This document shows, one piece after another, positions 46,737 through 56,324 of a stretch of 64,000 nt of DNA (the first letter of the stretch is position 1; every line of letters starts with the position of its first letter). Origin of the DNA: Chitinophagales bacterium (GTDB lineage: Bacteria > Bacteroidota > Bacteroidia > Chitinophagales > LD1); NCBI GenBank assembly GCA_025057415.1, contig JANWXI010000002.1, positions 3,497 through 67,496 on the forward strand, written 5' to 3'. The translations under genes were made by a program, and so were the position numbers. The notes beneath the pieces are model-generated. The model had not been told where the DNA came from. It saw only the letters and a list, made by a program, of their open reading frames with translations, and searched no databases.

Positions 46737-48440
46737 ATGATTATACCCTTTACATTTCGTCTATTTACCAAGTGGTTCATTTTCGGCATCATCATCAATA
46801 TTGTTATATGTAATCTTTTACCACCGGTATATGGCGACTACGATTATCTCGGGGCCGCCATTATGAGCGGACAATTGTCTGATGGTTTAGTATTAAAAAC
46901 GTATCACCTGGGATTGTTTCCTGCATCCTGGATGATCGGTATGCTGCATTATTTGGTCCCAACTTGGCCATGGACAGGTATTATTATTCTACTACAATGG
47001 ACTGTGATTTTGGCAAGTATTGCTTGCATGTTGCCGATAGACGAAACCATTGATAAGTACAATACAACTTTGCGAATTCTGCTGTATGTCATTTCATGGT
47101 TAATACTGGCATTAGGATGTTTAATAATTCCATTTCAAGAGTTTTCTGTGACTGGTGTAGGAGTGGTGAGCAGTGCGGTAGGCGCATGGGGCATATACCT
47201 CCATATCACCCGTACTAGTGGGGTAAAAAATATCTGTACGATATTGTTCTTTACACTGCTATGCTTTGGCGGTTATATGTGGCGATGGGAAGCAGGGCTG
47301 GGCGGTACAATACTTTTTGCGATATATGTCTTTTGGTTCGATGATCTTAAAAATGTACTGAAAGGGCTTTTAATACCGGGAATTATTGCTGTAATATTAT
47401 TTATCGGCATACTGGTCCAGTTGCGCGATCATTATTTTTTTAAGGTAATAGAACCGATGATATTTTATGTTACTGATGCAAGAACACCACCGCCCATTGA
47501 TAGTACCTCTTACAGAAAAATGCTTGCGCAAAGTATCATACGGGCCTCGTTTATATCGGATACTACCATCGTTAACTATAATCATGTTTATGAATTATAT
47601 GTGCGCAAGAAGATGCAAGAAATTAATCAATTAAAAGAGCCATTTAAAACAATTCGACAATCGCTAATAAATATGTCCGGTACCGTAAAAAAATGTAGCG
47701 GCATTAGCTTCGCTTACCTGTATGTTTTTGCTGCAGGTATGATGATTTTAGCGATGTCTGGGAGAAAAAGCGAAGTAATCCGGGTTGTACTGTTCAATCT
47801 GACTGTATGGCTAGTGATTATTCTTACTGCGTATGTGATGAAAATGGAGCCATGGCACTATACACCTATTTTGCAAACTACATTATTGTTTAATCTGGTT
47901 AACGTAATTTTCCCAATAAGCAACAGCGGTAATATTGCGATAATACTAGTACCGGCATTCTTATCTGTAATTAACTTCGGTAATTTCTATCATATGTGGA
48001 AAAAAGAACAACAGGAAATATTAACCAAAAAAGTCGCCAGGAGCAAATTTATTAGACCATCTGTTCCGTATGTATTTATAGATGTAGATACGAAAGATAT
48101 TCTGGATGATAGAGTGTTTACTCCTATGAAGTTACCTGCCAACATATATTTTTATGATTTAGGTCAACTGACCCATTTGACTCCTTTTAAAAATAAACTT
48201 TCGAAAGCTTGTAATTGCAATTTTTATCACGCAGATGAATTTTTCCGGTTTGTGGACAGTAAATCGGACTCAATCCTATATGTTTCTACTGCCCAAAGAG
48301 TACAACTTATCAATTTACTTACGACTGAGTTTTATCAGATGCGCTTGCTTTTCACTGCCGTTGACTCTGCTAATGTTACAGTTGGCACGCAGGAAATACC
48401 TGTAATTTATGCATTCAAAGTCAAGGTGATTTCTTCATAA
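46737..48440 (+). CDS. Polytopic membrane protein with soluble C-terminal domain (unknown family; paralog of 27277..28932)
   Basis: 567 aa with the same helix/loop/C-terminal-domain layout as the 551-aa protein. Blocks in the central loop (SFISDTTIVNY vs SFFFTDTAQY) and at the C-terminus align by eye. Confidence 0.5.
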   Translation: MIIPFTFRLFTKWFIFGIIINIVICNLLPPVYGDYDYLGAAIMSGQLSDGLVLKTYHLGLFPASWMIGMLHYLVPTWPWTGIIILLQWTVILASIACMLPIDETIDKYNTTLRILLYVISWLILALGCLIIPFQEFSVTGVGVVSSAVGAWGIYLHITRTSGVKNICTILFFTLLCFGGYMWRWEAGLGGTILFAIYVFWFDDLKNVLKGLLIPGIIAVILFIGILVQLRDHYFFKVIEPMIFYVTDARTPPPIDSTSYRKMLAQSIIRASFISDTTIVNYNHVYELYVRKKMQEINQLKEPFKTIRQSLINMSGTVKKCSGISFAYLYVFAAGMMILAMSGRKSEVIRVVLFNLTVWLVIILTAYVMKMEPWHYTPILQTTLLFNLVNVIFPISNSGNIAIILVPAFLSVINFGNFYHMWKKEQQEILTKKVARSKFIRPSVPYVFIDVDTKDILDDRVFTPMKLPANIYFYDLGQLTHLTPFKNKLSKACNCNFYHADEFFRFVDSKSDSILYVSTAQRVQLINLLTTEFYQMRLLFTAVDSANVTVGTQEIPVIYAFKVKVISS

Positions 48441-49278
48441 CCTCCTCGCGATGCTTCAAATATGCATCTTCTGAGAAACTCAAGGGTAAATGGGGAAGAT
48501 ACTTTACAAATATAGAGTCATCGGGCGGCACAGATAGGCGAAATTCCCCTGAGAGAAAGATATTTCGCTTGTGTTCGTATAGCGCCGCCTGTTTACCCGG
48601 AGGATTATCTTTAAAATAGTAAACTGTCACCAACGGAGCACTTTTGTCAATTATTTTTGATACTACAGCTACGCGCAACTTTGTTGACAGGTTTCTCTCT
48701 GTACAATGTAATATTCGGTTGTCAAACAAAAGAGCTTCACCGGATTTCATAGGAAAACACACGCTGTGTTTACGTATGGTTTCTTCATAACCTGCAAACG
48801 GACAAGGCATCGTAAAGGTGTAATAATCTACCATGTTTCGAGTAGCTAGGTCTAAACACAGCATTCCGGTATGTTCATCAATGTCACATAATGGTATCCA
48901 TAACGCCATGTTGTTCAGGTGTCTGTACGTCATGGTCGGGTCGATATGGAAATTAAGATAACTGTCATTTCCCGGTTTTTTTATAATAAATATGGAGCAA
49001 ACAATTTCGAAGTTCTCCAAAGCATTTGACAATGGTTCACCTATTACTGATAGTATCTCCTGGTTGATTTTTTTAATATGATGGGCTGGTTCGGTAGCAA
49101 TTGTATCATACAGTAGGGGCAAATTGTCCGGATTAAAATTTGTATAGAATATTCTCAGAAGTTTACCTATTTGTTCCTCGTTGAGTAAGGGGATAATAGT
49201 TGCGCCCGAAGAGAAATATTGATGATTGTTACCGATGTTTTTTATGCGTATGCCGGATTGTAAATAAATTAATGACAC
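48421..49278 (-). CDS. PhyH-like Fe(II)/2OG dioxygenase
   Basis: HxD in LNFHIDPTMTY and distal His in DNRILHCTERN. Confidence 0.6.
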   Translation of the reverse strand: MSLIYLQSGIRIKNIGNNHQYFSSGATIIPLLNEEQIGKLLRIFYTNFNPDNLPLLYDTIATEPAHHIKKINQEILSVIGEPLSNALENFEIVCSIFIIKKPGNDSYLNFHIDPTMTYRHLNNMALWIPLCDIDEHTGMLCLDLATRNMVDYYTFTMPCPFAGYEETIRKHSVCFPMKSGEALLFDNRILHCTERNLSTKLRVAVVSKIIDKSAPLVTVYYFKDNPPGKQAALYEHKRNIFLSGEFRLSVPPDDSIFVKYLPHLPLSFSEDAYLKHREEVMKKSP

Positions 49279-49316
49279 AGTATGGTTTGAGTAATTAGGA
49301 TAATTATATTTGGTAT

Positions 49317-50864
49317 GTGAATATTGTTCTCATACGCCCCCCAAAGTTAATGATTCGCGGCACACTTACTATGAAGCCGGTCGCGCCGCTGGGGCTTGCT
49401 TACATAGCTGCTGCAGCCGAGTCGGCAGGGCACAATGTTCGCGTAATTGATGCTATTGCCAATAATATTTGTGAATTCCATCCTACTGAATTAGGCAATG
49501 ATATTATCATTCAGGGAATGCGCCCCGAAGTTGTTGCAGAGTTAGTTCCTTGCGGCTCCAAAGTTATCGGTTTGAGTTGCATGTTCTCTAACAACTGGCT
49601 ATTGGATAGGCGGTTGATCAAAGTTTTGCGTAGTCGGTTTCCTGAAGCAGTGTTAATAGCAGGTGGAGAAAGCATTTCGGGGATGCCGGAATACGCACTG
49701 AAAGACAGTGAGTTAGACATTTGCGTGGTGGGTGAAGGAGAAGAAACATTTAAGGAAGTTTTATCGGCTATAGAAAATCAAATACCACTGGTTACAGTCA
49801 AAGGGATTGTATTCAAAAAAGATGGGAAAATCGTATTAAATCCGCGCAGGGAGCGTATTCGTCAATTAAATGATATACCCTACCCAGCGTGGCATTTTTT
49901 TCCTGTCAATGCTTATTTTGATAATCAAATTACATTGACACCTACCGAACGAAAAAGTTTGCCTACTTTAGCCACCCGGGGGTGTCCCTATACATGCACT
50001 TTCTGCAGCAGTCCTAACATGTGGACTACCAAATATAGCTTACGTAGTCCCGATAACATTCTTCAGGAAATGATTTATATGTATGAAAAATACGGTGTAA
50101 CTAATTTTGAATTGTTTGACCTCACGGCCATTATAAACCGACAATGGATACTGGAATTTTGCCGCTTACTGCAAAATTACCCGGTACATTTTACATGGCA
50201 AATGCCCGCAGGCACACGAAGTGAGGCCCTGTCTGAGGAAGTGATAAGGGAAATGGCTAAAGCAGGATGCACCAATATTACCTTCGCTCCTGAAAGCGGA
50301 AGTAAAAAAGTGTTACAACTTATTCAGAAAAAAGCCGACCCGGACAAGATGCTACCTGCAATGAAGTTGGCTTCACAACTTGGAATGTACGTTTACGTTA
50401 ACTCGATTATAGGTCTTCCAGGAGAAACCCACCGCGATATTTGGAAAAGTATGCTTTATCTTGCAAAAACGGCATTTGCCGGAGCACAAGATACGGGTAT
50501 GGCTGTTTTTATGCCATACCCGGGATCTGAGTTATTCAAACAATTTGAACAATATGGTCAATTATCGCTCTCCGACTCGTTTTTTTATGATATACTTTAC
50601 ACTGATTCTATCACAAAAAGTCAATTTTACAATAATAACATCCCTTCATTTATTTATCGTATTTATAACATTCTTTTATTAACTGTTTTTTATATAGTTT
50701 CTTACAGTAGTCATCCGTCAAGAATATACAAAAGTTTACGGAATGTAATCAAAAGACGGTATGTTACTCGTGGTGAAAGAGCTATCGGCTATCTAATGGA
50801 ACAATACTTTTCATTAAAAAAATCACCTGTCCATTCATTACACCAACCAGTATCTCACGTTTGA
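49317..50864 (+). CDS. B12-binding-domain radical SAM enzyme, family A paralog 4 (515 aa)
   Basis: GTG start. NIVLIRPPKLM...APLGLAYIAAAA...IDAIANN...VVGEGEET. ATRGCPYTCTFCSSPNMW. QMPAGTRSEAL. Confidence 0.85.
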   Translation: MNIVLIRPPKLMIRGTLTMKPVAPLGLAYIAAAAESAGHNVRVIDAIANNICEFHPTELGNDIIIQGMRPEVVAELVPCGSKVIGLSCMFSNNWLLDRRLIKVLRSRFPEAVLIAGGESISGMPEYALKDSELDICVVGEGEETFKEVLSAIENQIPLVTVKGIVFKKDGKIVLNPRRERIRQLNDIPYPAWHFFPVNAYFDNQITLTPTERKSLPTLATRGCPYTCTFCSSPNMWTTKYSLRSPDNILQEMIYMYEKYGVTNFELFDLTAIINRQWILEFCRLLQNYPVHFTWQMPAGTRSEALSEEVIREMAKAGCTNITFAPESGSKKVLQLIQKKADPDKMLPAMKLASQLGMYVYVNSIIGLPGETHRDIWKSMLYLAKTAFAGAQDTGMAVFMPYPGSELFKQFEQYGQLSLSDSFFYDILYTDSITKSQFYNNNIPSFIYRIYNILLLTVFYIVSYSSHPSRIYKSLRNVIKRRYVTRGERAIGYLMEQYFSLKKSPVHSLHQPVSHV

Positions 50865-51247
50865 ATATGCTTGAAAAATACCTTTGGATAATATACATAT
50901 CAATATCTTTATTAATCGGTGAATTTCACCCGTTTTCACTGTACAAGATGTATAACGCTTTTCCTGACAATGCCACAATCATTGTAGTAAAAAATGCCGA
51001 ATCGCATTTTATTCCCATAAGGGAACATTTACGTTGTCGTTCGGCTGATCTTACGCACAAATACTATGCGTATCGAAAACATTACGGTCAATCGGACTCA
51101 GCAGCTTTAGAATATTTATGCAAACAGCTACACACATATCGTATCTCTGCAATGCAAAGTGATTTACGATTGTGTCTCTTGAATCTTTATAAAATTCCAA
51201 ATCAGATTACTACAGAAACATTTTGCCGGCATGAAGCATGTCGCTGA
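50861..51247 (+). CDS. Hypothetical small protein with one N-terminal hydrophobic helix
   Basis: 128-aa ORF that overlaps the upstream rSAM gene by 4 nt and the downstream membrane-protein gene by 17 nt. No family recognised. Confidence 0.45.
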   Translation: MNMLEKYLWIIYISISLLIGEFHPFSLYKMYNAFPDNATIIVVKNAESHFIPIREHLRCRSADLTHKYYAYRKHYGQSDSAALEYLCKQLHTYRISAMQSDLRLCLLNLYKIPNQITTETFCRHEACR

Positions 51248-52094
51248 TTTATCAGATAGTGAAATAACGCTTTTTTGGTTCACTATTCGTTTATCATGGA
51301 GTGTAATACTTTGTGCTACATTAACCATATTTCTATTTCAGAGTAATCAGAATTTTTACCCCGAAGGTATTTTCCGATTTGTACCGATGAGTTTTTCGCT
51401 GCCGGTTTGGATGAAGGTATTAGCATCTATAATTATAAACGGTTGCGGGGTTGTGTATGTGTTGAACCGCAACATGAAATTGGTTGTGACTGTCTTAGCC
51501 GTATTGTCCTTTTTTGTTGTTTCATATCATGAGGCCAACGGCATTTATGCCCGCGCCACCATTCTGACAGCAATATGTATCGGACAAGCCATAGCTTTTT
51601 ATCAGAATGAGCGTAACTACCCGAATTCTGTAGCTTATAAAGCTATTAATTACTCAGTACAAATGATTGCTGCCGGCTACGTTTTGGCGGGCATTTCCAA
51701 GATTTATGAGTCAGGTTTAGGTTGGTTTTTAGATGTTGAGGGCTTTTGCCTGCAAATAATGAAAAATTTTTACTTTTTATATGCTGACACAGGGAATTCG
51801 GAATACCTGAATTACGCACAATCTATATATAACATTTTCTCCAATTATCCGTGGGTACCTGCTGCGATGTTGTTTGCTGCACTGCTGCTGGAGTTATTTT
51901 GTTTTGTGGTGGTTTATATGCCAAAACTTACCGTATGGTGGGGCATCGGTTTGCTGCTGATGCACCTGGGGATAGCTGTTCTGATGGGGATCGGTATTAG
52001 TGTGATCGCATTTCCGATGGTAATATTTTTTATTAACCCCGTGTATTATATCATTAGAGGGATTAAGAAACTTTCGGAGTGTAATGTCGTATAA
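51231..52094 (+). CDS. Polytopic membrane protein (unknown; possibly HTTM/DoxX-like)
   Basis: 287 aa with about 7 hydrophobic helices. The family assignment is only an impression. Confidence 0.45.
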   Translation: MKHVADLSDSEITLFWFTIRLSWSVILCATLTIFLFQSNQNFYPEGIFRFVPMSFSLPVWMKVLASIIINGCGVVYVLNRNMKLVVTVLAVLSFFVVSYHEANGIYARATILTAICIGQAIAFYQNERNYPNSVAYKAINYSVQMIAAGYVLAGISKIYESGLGWFLDVEGFCLQIMKNFYFLYADTGNSEYLNYAQSIYNIFSNYPWVPAAMLFAALLLELFCFVVVYMPKLTVWWGIGLLLMHLGIAVLMGIGISVIAFPMVIFFINPVYYIIRGIKKLSECNVV

Positions 52095-53019
52095 GTTCAA
52101 GCATTTCTTTTTCTGAGTAATCAAAGTATTTGTATGGCACTATCTCTTTTCTCCATAAAGTTTCATCCGGTTTGGAAATAAAATCATACGTGTAATAAAA
52201 CTCTTCCGTCACATAATATTTTTCGATTTGGTCAAGAGGCAGTTCCGGGTTACGGAAATAATACACCAACTGGTAGTTCTTACGTAGTACCGTCATGGTA
52301 ATGGCGTGACGGATTTCTGTACCGAGGTTGGGAGCGCTGGCATGGATACAAGCCGGGTCAAAAACAATCACATCACCCTTTTTGACGGTAACGGGGTGAG
52401 CATGCTTATAAAGTATAGGTATATAATTTTTGAACTGCCAGGGAACACCTAAGCTGCGTTGGGTATTACCCCACAGATGGCTGCCACTTACAAAAGATAC
52501 AACACCGTTTTCCATAGTTACATCGCAAAAGGGTATCCATACAAACAGGCAATAGTCGCTCTCTTCATCTATTACAGTAGAGTCCTGATGTATCAATAAG
52601 TCGCTGTTGGGATGAGGGGGTTTTACCTGAAAGGCGCCCCCGGTGTGTGTATCGGTTTTTTGCATATCAAACAAACGGGGCAGAATTACCGGGGCTAATT
52701 CATTGATTACCTGCTGTACTTTTTTCCGTATTTCAGGATTAAAAAGCCGTCCGCTGTTGAGCAAATGCTTATCTAATTCAAATCCGTCCAACTTTGAAAT
52801 TTCATCAAATGTTTGCATAAATCTGTCTATTTCATCCTGGCGGATTACCTGCTCAATTTTCACCCAACCGTACTGCAAGTATTTTGCGTGATGGTCGTCA
52901 TTGATAAAAAAACTATCCATGCGGATACGGTAATATTTATTCTCCTGCAAGGTTGGCAGACGGAGAGATGGTTTAAATATTTTTGTAATATAATTGATCA
53001 TTTTTGTAATTAACTCCAA
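52063..53019 (-). CDS. PhyH-family Fe(II)/2OG dioxygenase
   Basis: HxD in DLLIHQDSTVIDE and distal His in DPACIHASAPN. Confidence 0.75.
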   Translation of the reverse strand: MELITKMINYITKIFKPSLRLPTLQENKYYRIRMDSFFINDDHHAKYLQYGWVKIEQVIRQDEIDRFMQTFDEISKLDGFELDKHLLNSGRLFNPEIRKKVQQVINELAPVILPRLFDMQKTDTHTGGAFQVKPPHPNSDLLIHQDSTVIDEESDYCLFVWIPFCDVTMENGVVSFVSGSHLWGNTQRSLGVPWQFKNYIPILYKHAHPVTVKKGDVIVFDPACIHASAPNLGTEIRHAITMTVLRKNYQLVYYFRNPELPLDQIEKYYVTEEFYYTYDFISKPDETLWRKEIVPYKYFDYSEKEMLELIRHYTPKVS

Positions 53020-53837
53020 AAATATATACTTTTTTCATCTGTTGACAATGCTGCGAAACCACCCAATGTCACCCGCTCAGTGTCATGTGCTGCCGGTGGA
53101 ATAACTTTATGCCAATAGGTGCCTCCTTTAAACATCAATAAGCTGCCTGCCGGAGTTTCCACTACTTCATGTTTCATGGCTTCTTCAGCTATAATATTGC
53201 CGTTCGGGTCTTTTATGGTAAACTGACCTTCTTTAATGCAATTATCATAAATGCTGTCAGCCACCCATAGCTCACCCCCCTTGGACGGATTCCGCAAAGT
53301 GAAGTACCAGCTCAACATCGTATCTGGTAATATGTGTTGCCCTATCAAATTTCCCACTTCTTCGTGTATATAGGGCAACAGTTTACCGTCCTGATGCAAG
53401 TATAACCCTCCCTTGCCGGGTAACACTACCCGAAAACTATATGGCAAGAAACCTTGTAGAGGTCTTAGCTCAAAGGGTTTAAAATACATATAAATTTTAT
53501 TGACAATCCAACGGGTTACATCCGTGTTGCCCGCTTCATCTGCAGCATTCAGGAACGGTATTATGGTGTTAAAATAACGTTGTACTTCCTCCTTGGGTTT
53601 TGACCGATAAACAGAACCAAAAAGATAAGGAACAGAGTATCCATTGCCGTAATTGAGGTCAGCTATAAAATTTTCAGATGTGCGGTTCAGTATATTGAAT
53701 AAAAAATCAATATCATCAACCGATAATATATCCTCAACCACATAACCCGTAACTTCACATTGGATAATATGCCTTACATTGAATGGTGCATTACCATTCC
53801 GATGCGTGAATCGTTCAAAACGCAACATGTGATACAA
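53010..53837 (-). CDS. 2OG-Fe(II) oxygenase (prolyl-4-hydroxylase-like)
   Basis: HxD in GLYLHQDGK, distal His in GGTYWHKVIP and a downstream RVTLGGF (2OG-binding Arg context). Confidence 0.6.
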   Translation of the reverse strand: MYHMLRFERFTHRNGNAPFNVRHIIQCEVTGYVVEDILSVDDIDFLFNILNRTSENFIADLNYGNGYSVPYLFGSVYRSKPKEEVQRYFNTIIPFLNAADEAGNTDVTRWIVNKIYMYFKPFELRPLQGFLPYSFRVVLPGKGGLYLHQDGKLLPYIHEEVGNLIGQHILPDTMLSWYFTLRNPSKGGELWVADSIYDNCIKEGQFTIKDPNGNIIAEEAMKHEVVETPAGSLLMFKGGTYWHKVIPPAAHDTERVTLGGFAALSTDEKSIYFWS

Positions 53838-55500
53838 ATGTTGGTATATTACTGTTTAAGTGCCGTATTATTTCTTCATCGGTAATATCCAAAACTCTTT
53901 TAGGGACTTTGCGAATAACGTTTCCGAGTGGCTTACTCCCCGCCGCCAGGTCATCTAATCTGCCGAAGAGGTCATCCTCTGTTAATACATACTCATATAT
54001 GTGACTGTTTTCATGGTGATAATATACAGTTGGCGCTTCTTTGTGGCAAATGGCTGCCACAACAGCTACCCGTTCCTGATGACTGTGGTTCACACCCGAT
54101 CCGTGAAACAAGGCAGGGTGATACAGGACTACATCTCCGGGTTCGGCAGTGATTTCAATTACCCGATCACGTAATGGTTCAAAGGGGACAAAGCGAATAG
54201 GACAAGTACCTGAGCGATAGTTATGAAAAACTAAATGGGAACGCGGTATAACCGCGAGTGTGCCATTATGAGGCGAAACAGCTTGCAAAGGTATCCAGCA
54301 ATGAATGACCCCATATAACTCTTCCGGCACTATACTCCAGTCCTGATGCAAATTGAACAGACCGTCCGCTCCTGGCGTCTTGGCCGCATAATGACCTATG
54401 AGGGGTCTTATATTAACAAAATAGTTCTGTAAAAGGGGCTTGATGCAACTAAAAATCATTTCGCTGTGGCGCTTGTTAGTTTGAACATTTCGCTCATAAT
54501 GATGCGTTACAAACATGCCAGGTCCGGTAGTAAAATGACGATGGTAATTTTCTTTTAACTGTTCTATGATACTTGTGTCAAGCGCTCCACGAATATGTAC
54601 GTAACCCTCCAATTGAAATGTACGATGTGGCTCATCACTGCACAGAAGCCGATGAGTAAAACGATTTGAACGCCATGCCGCTTTTACTTCTGATACTTCG
54701 GGTGACATTTCCTCATGTGCGAATGTTTCTACGAGTTTCGATTCCTGTGGCAAGTGTGTATGGTATGTTCTGCTTAACATATCGCGAAAAGCCGCGGGTG
54801 TAAGTTGATATGCTCTGATTTCGTTGTCAAATCGTATGTAGTGATATATGGGGGATTTCTGATGTTTTAATATCAAGCGGAGCGCTGTAAAATCTACATT
54901 GGCCTGGTTAAGTTTTAAACAGTGAAATATTGCCTGGTGATAAGCCAGACACTGACCCGCCTCCATCGGCAGGTCGGTTCGCATTTCTTTTGGAATTTGC
55001 TCAAAAGGAATTCTGATTGTTTCCGAATTAGAAGAACGTATGCTCTCAATACCCTGATGTGTTCCTTCCAATAAAGCCATACAACCGTTCCCTTTGCATG
55101 TATCATTAAGCGGAATAAAACAGGTGATAAACGCATGTTCTTTCTCGTTGGTGTAACTCCATTCCTGGCGATAGGCATATTCCTCTAAAGTGTCTGCCTG
55201 ATGGATTAAATGCGCACTGTCAATTATTTCAAATTTTTCAAAATGTAACTCAAGGGCTGCACGAATAATTTCGATTGTTTCGTTTTCCAGATTTATTGGT
55301 CGGAATGCATCCGAAGCTACAGCATTATCGTTCAATACGTTAAAGTTGTGTGTTCTAATACTCACCTCTTTATGAAATGAGCTGAAAACTTCGCGTAATT
55401 TGGTCAACTGCAGGTCGTTCAACAGAGGTAGTAACACATATCCTTTTCCCAGAAATTCACATTCGGTCTTTTTATTTTTGAAAGGAGTTAACATAATCAA
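53815..55500 (-). CDS. Tandem di-domain PhyH-like protein (N-terminal domain with degenerate metal triad)
   Basis: 561 aa made of two PhyH-like halves. The C-terminal half has NLHQDWSIVPEE and LFHGSGVN. At the equivalent position the N-terminal half has YRQEWSYTNEKE (H->R, D->E), with IFHCLKLN retained. Confidence 0.65.
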   Translation of the reverse strand: MIMLTPFKNKKTECEFLGKGYVLLPLLNDLQLTKLREVFSSFHKEVSIRTHNFNVLNDNAVASDAFRPINLENETIEIIRAALELHFEKFEIIDSAHLIHQADTLEEYAYRQEWSYTNEKEHAFITCFIPLNDTCKGNGCMALLEGTHQGIESIRSSNSETIRIPFEQIPKEMRTDLPMEAGQCLAYHQAIFHCLKLNQANVDFTALRLILKHQKSPIYHYIRFDNEIRAYQLTPAAFRDMLSRTYHTHLPQESKLVETFAHEEMSPEVSEVKAAWRSNRFTHRLLCSDEPHRTFQLEGYVHIRGALDTSIIEQLKENYHRHFTTGPGMFVTHHYERNVQTNKRHSEMIFSCIKPLLQNYFVNIRPLIGHYAAKTPGADGLFNLHQDWSIVPEELYGVIHCWIPLQAVSPHNGTLAVIPRSHLVFHNYRSGTCPIRFVPFEPLRDRVIEITAEPGDVVLYHPALFHGSGVNHSHQERVAVVAAICHKEAPTVYYHHENSHIYEYVLTEDDLFGRLDDLAAGSKPLGNVIRKVPKRVLDITDEEIIRHLNSNIPTFVSHVAF

Positions 55501-56324
55501 ACGAATGGTTTTTGAATATCTGAAAGTGATAAATCTTCGGGGCGAATTGGTTGGAAGATAAAATCACTAATCGTATGTATGGGGGTATGAGTTTCAAAAA
55601 AGCTGCTGCTCTCAAAACGGAGCATTTCCTCTATAGAATCTATGACAAACTCGTAAAATGTCTTATCTCCCTCGTTCTTAGCAATAAAAATCTTTACTTT
55701 CTGGTGGTTTGGCACCATTATCAAAGTAGCTGCAATGCGCGGTGATGCCGAAGCATTAGCAGAGGATAAATGCAGTAAACGATGGTCATATACGATGGCC
55801 TCTCCGGCTTTTAATGGTACATATTGTACAAATCGGTCAGCAATTTCCCGTGCATACTTTCGATAAGTATCGGTAATGTTAATTCCCCGTATTTGATTGA
55901 CTACCCGGTGTGAACCCGGCACAAGTCCCAAAGTTGAGTTTTGCTGATCCGTGTCAGATAACGGCGCCCAGATGTTAAGTGATATATCTGTCTCCTCGTT
56001 CACATATCGCCAATCGGCATGTAGCGGCATCTCCGGCTCTCCGGGTGGTTTTGTAAAAAAATTACCCCAGAAGGGAATATGATATCGAAATAAATTTTCA
56101 ATAGCGGGTCGAAAAATTTCTTTGATGCCCTCATCCACTTTTTTGCGGTAAGTATAATCTTGGCGCATGAATGTGGTAAAAGGAGCTTTTGTAGAACTAT
56201 GAATCTCTGCGTAAAGATTTTTCAGCCGTTTAATATGTGGTTCCGGTAATAAACGGATTTTTACATAACCGAGTTCTGACAATGCGGTGTTTAGCTTGTC
56301 ATCGAAAAAAACATTGTGTATCAT
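55497..56324 (-). CDS. PhyH-family Fe(II)/2OG dioxygenase
   Basis: HxD in PLHADWRYVNEE and distal His in RLLHLSSAN. Confidence 0.75.
   Translation of the reverse strand: MIHNVFFDDKLNTALSELGYVKIRLLPEPHIKRLKNLYAEIHSSTKAPFTTFMRQDYTYRKKVDEGIKEIFRPAIENLFRYHIPFWGNFFTKPPGEPEMPLHADWRYVNEETDISLNIWAPLSDTDQQNSTLGLVPGSHRVVNQIRGINITDTYRKYAREIADRFVQYVPLKAGEAIVYDHRLLHLSSANASASPRIAATLIMVPNHQKVKIFIAKNEGDKTFYEFVIDSIEEMLRFESSSFFETHTPIHTISDFIFQPIRPEDLSLSDIQKPFV

Noticed and set aside
49305-49312. TATATTTG (TAnnTTTG) motif upstream of rSAM-A4 as a promoter
   Set aside because: It ends only 3-5 nt before the start codon, which is too close for a -7 element unless the mRNA is leaderless. It is not reported as a feature.
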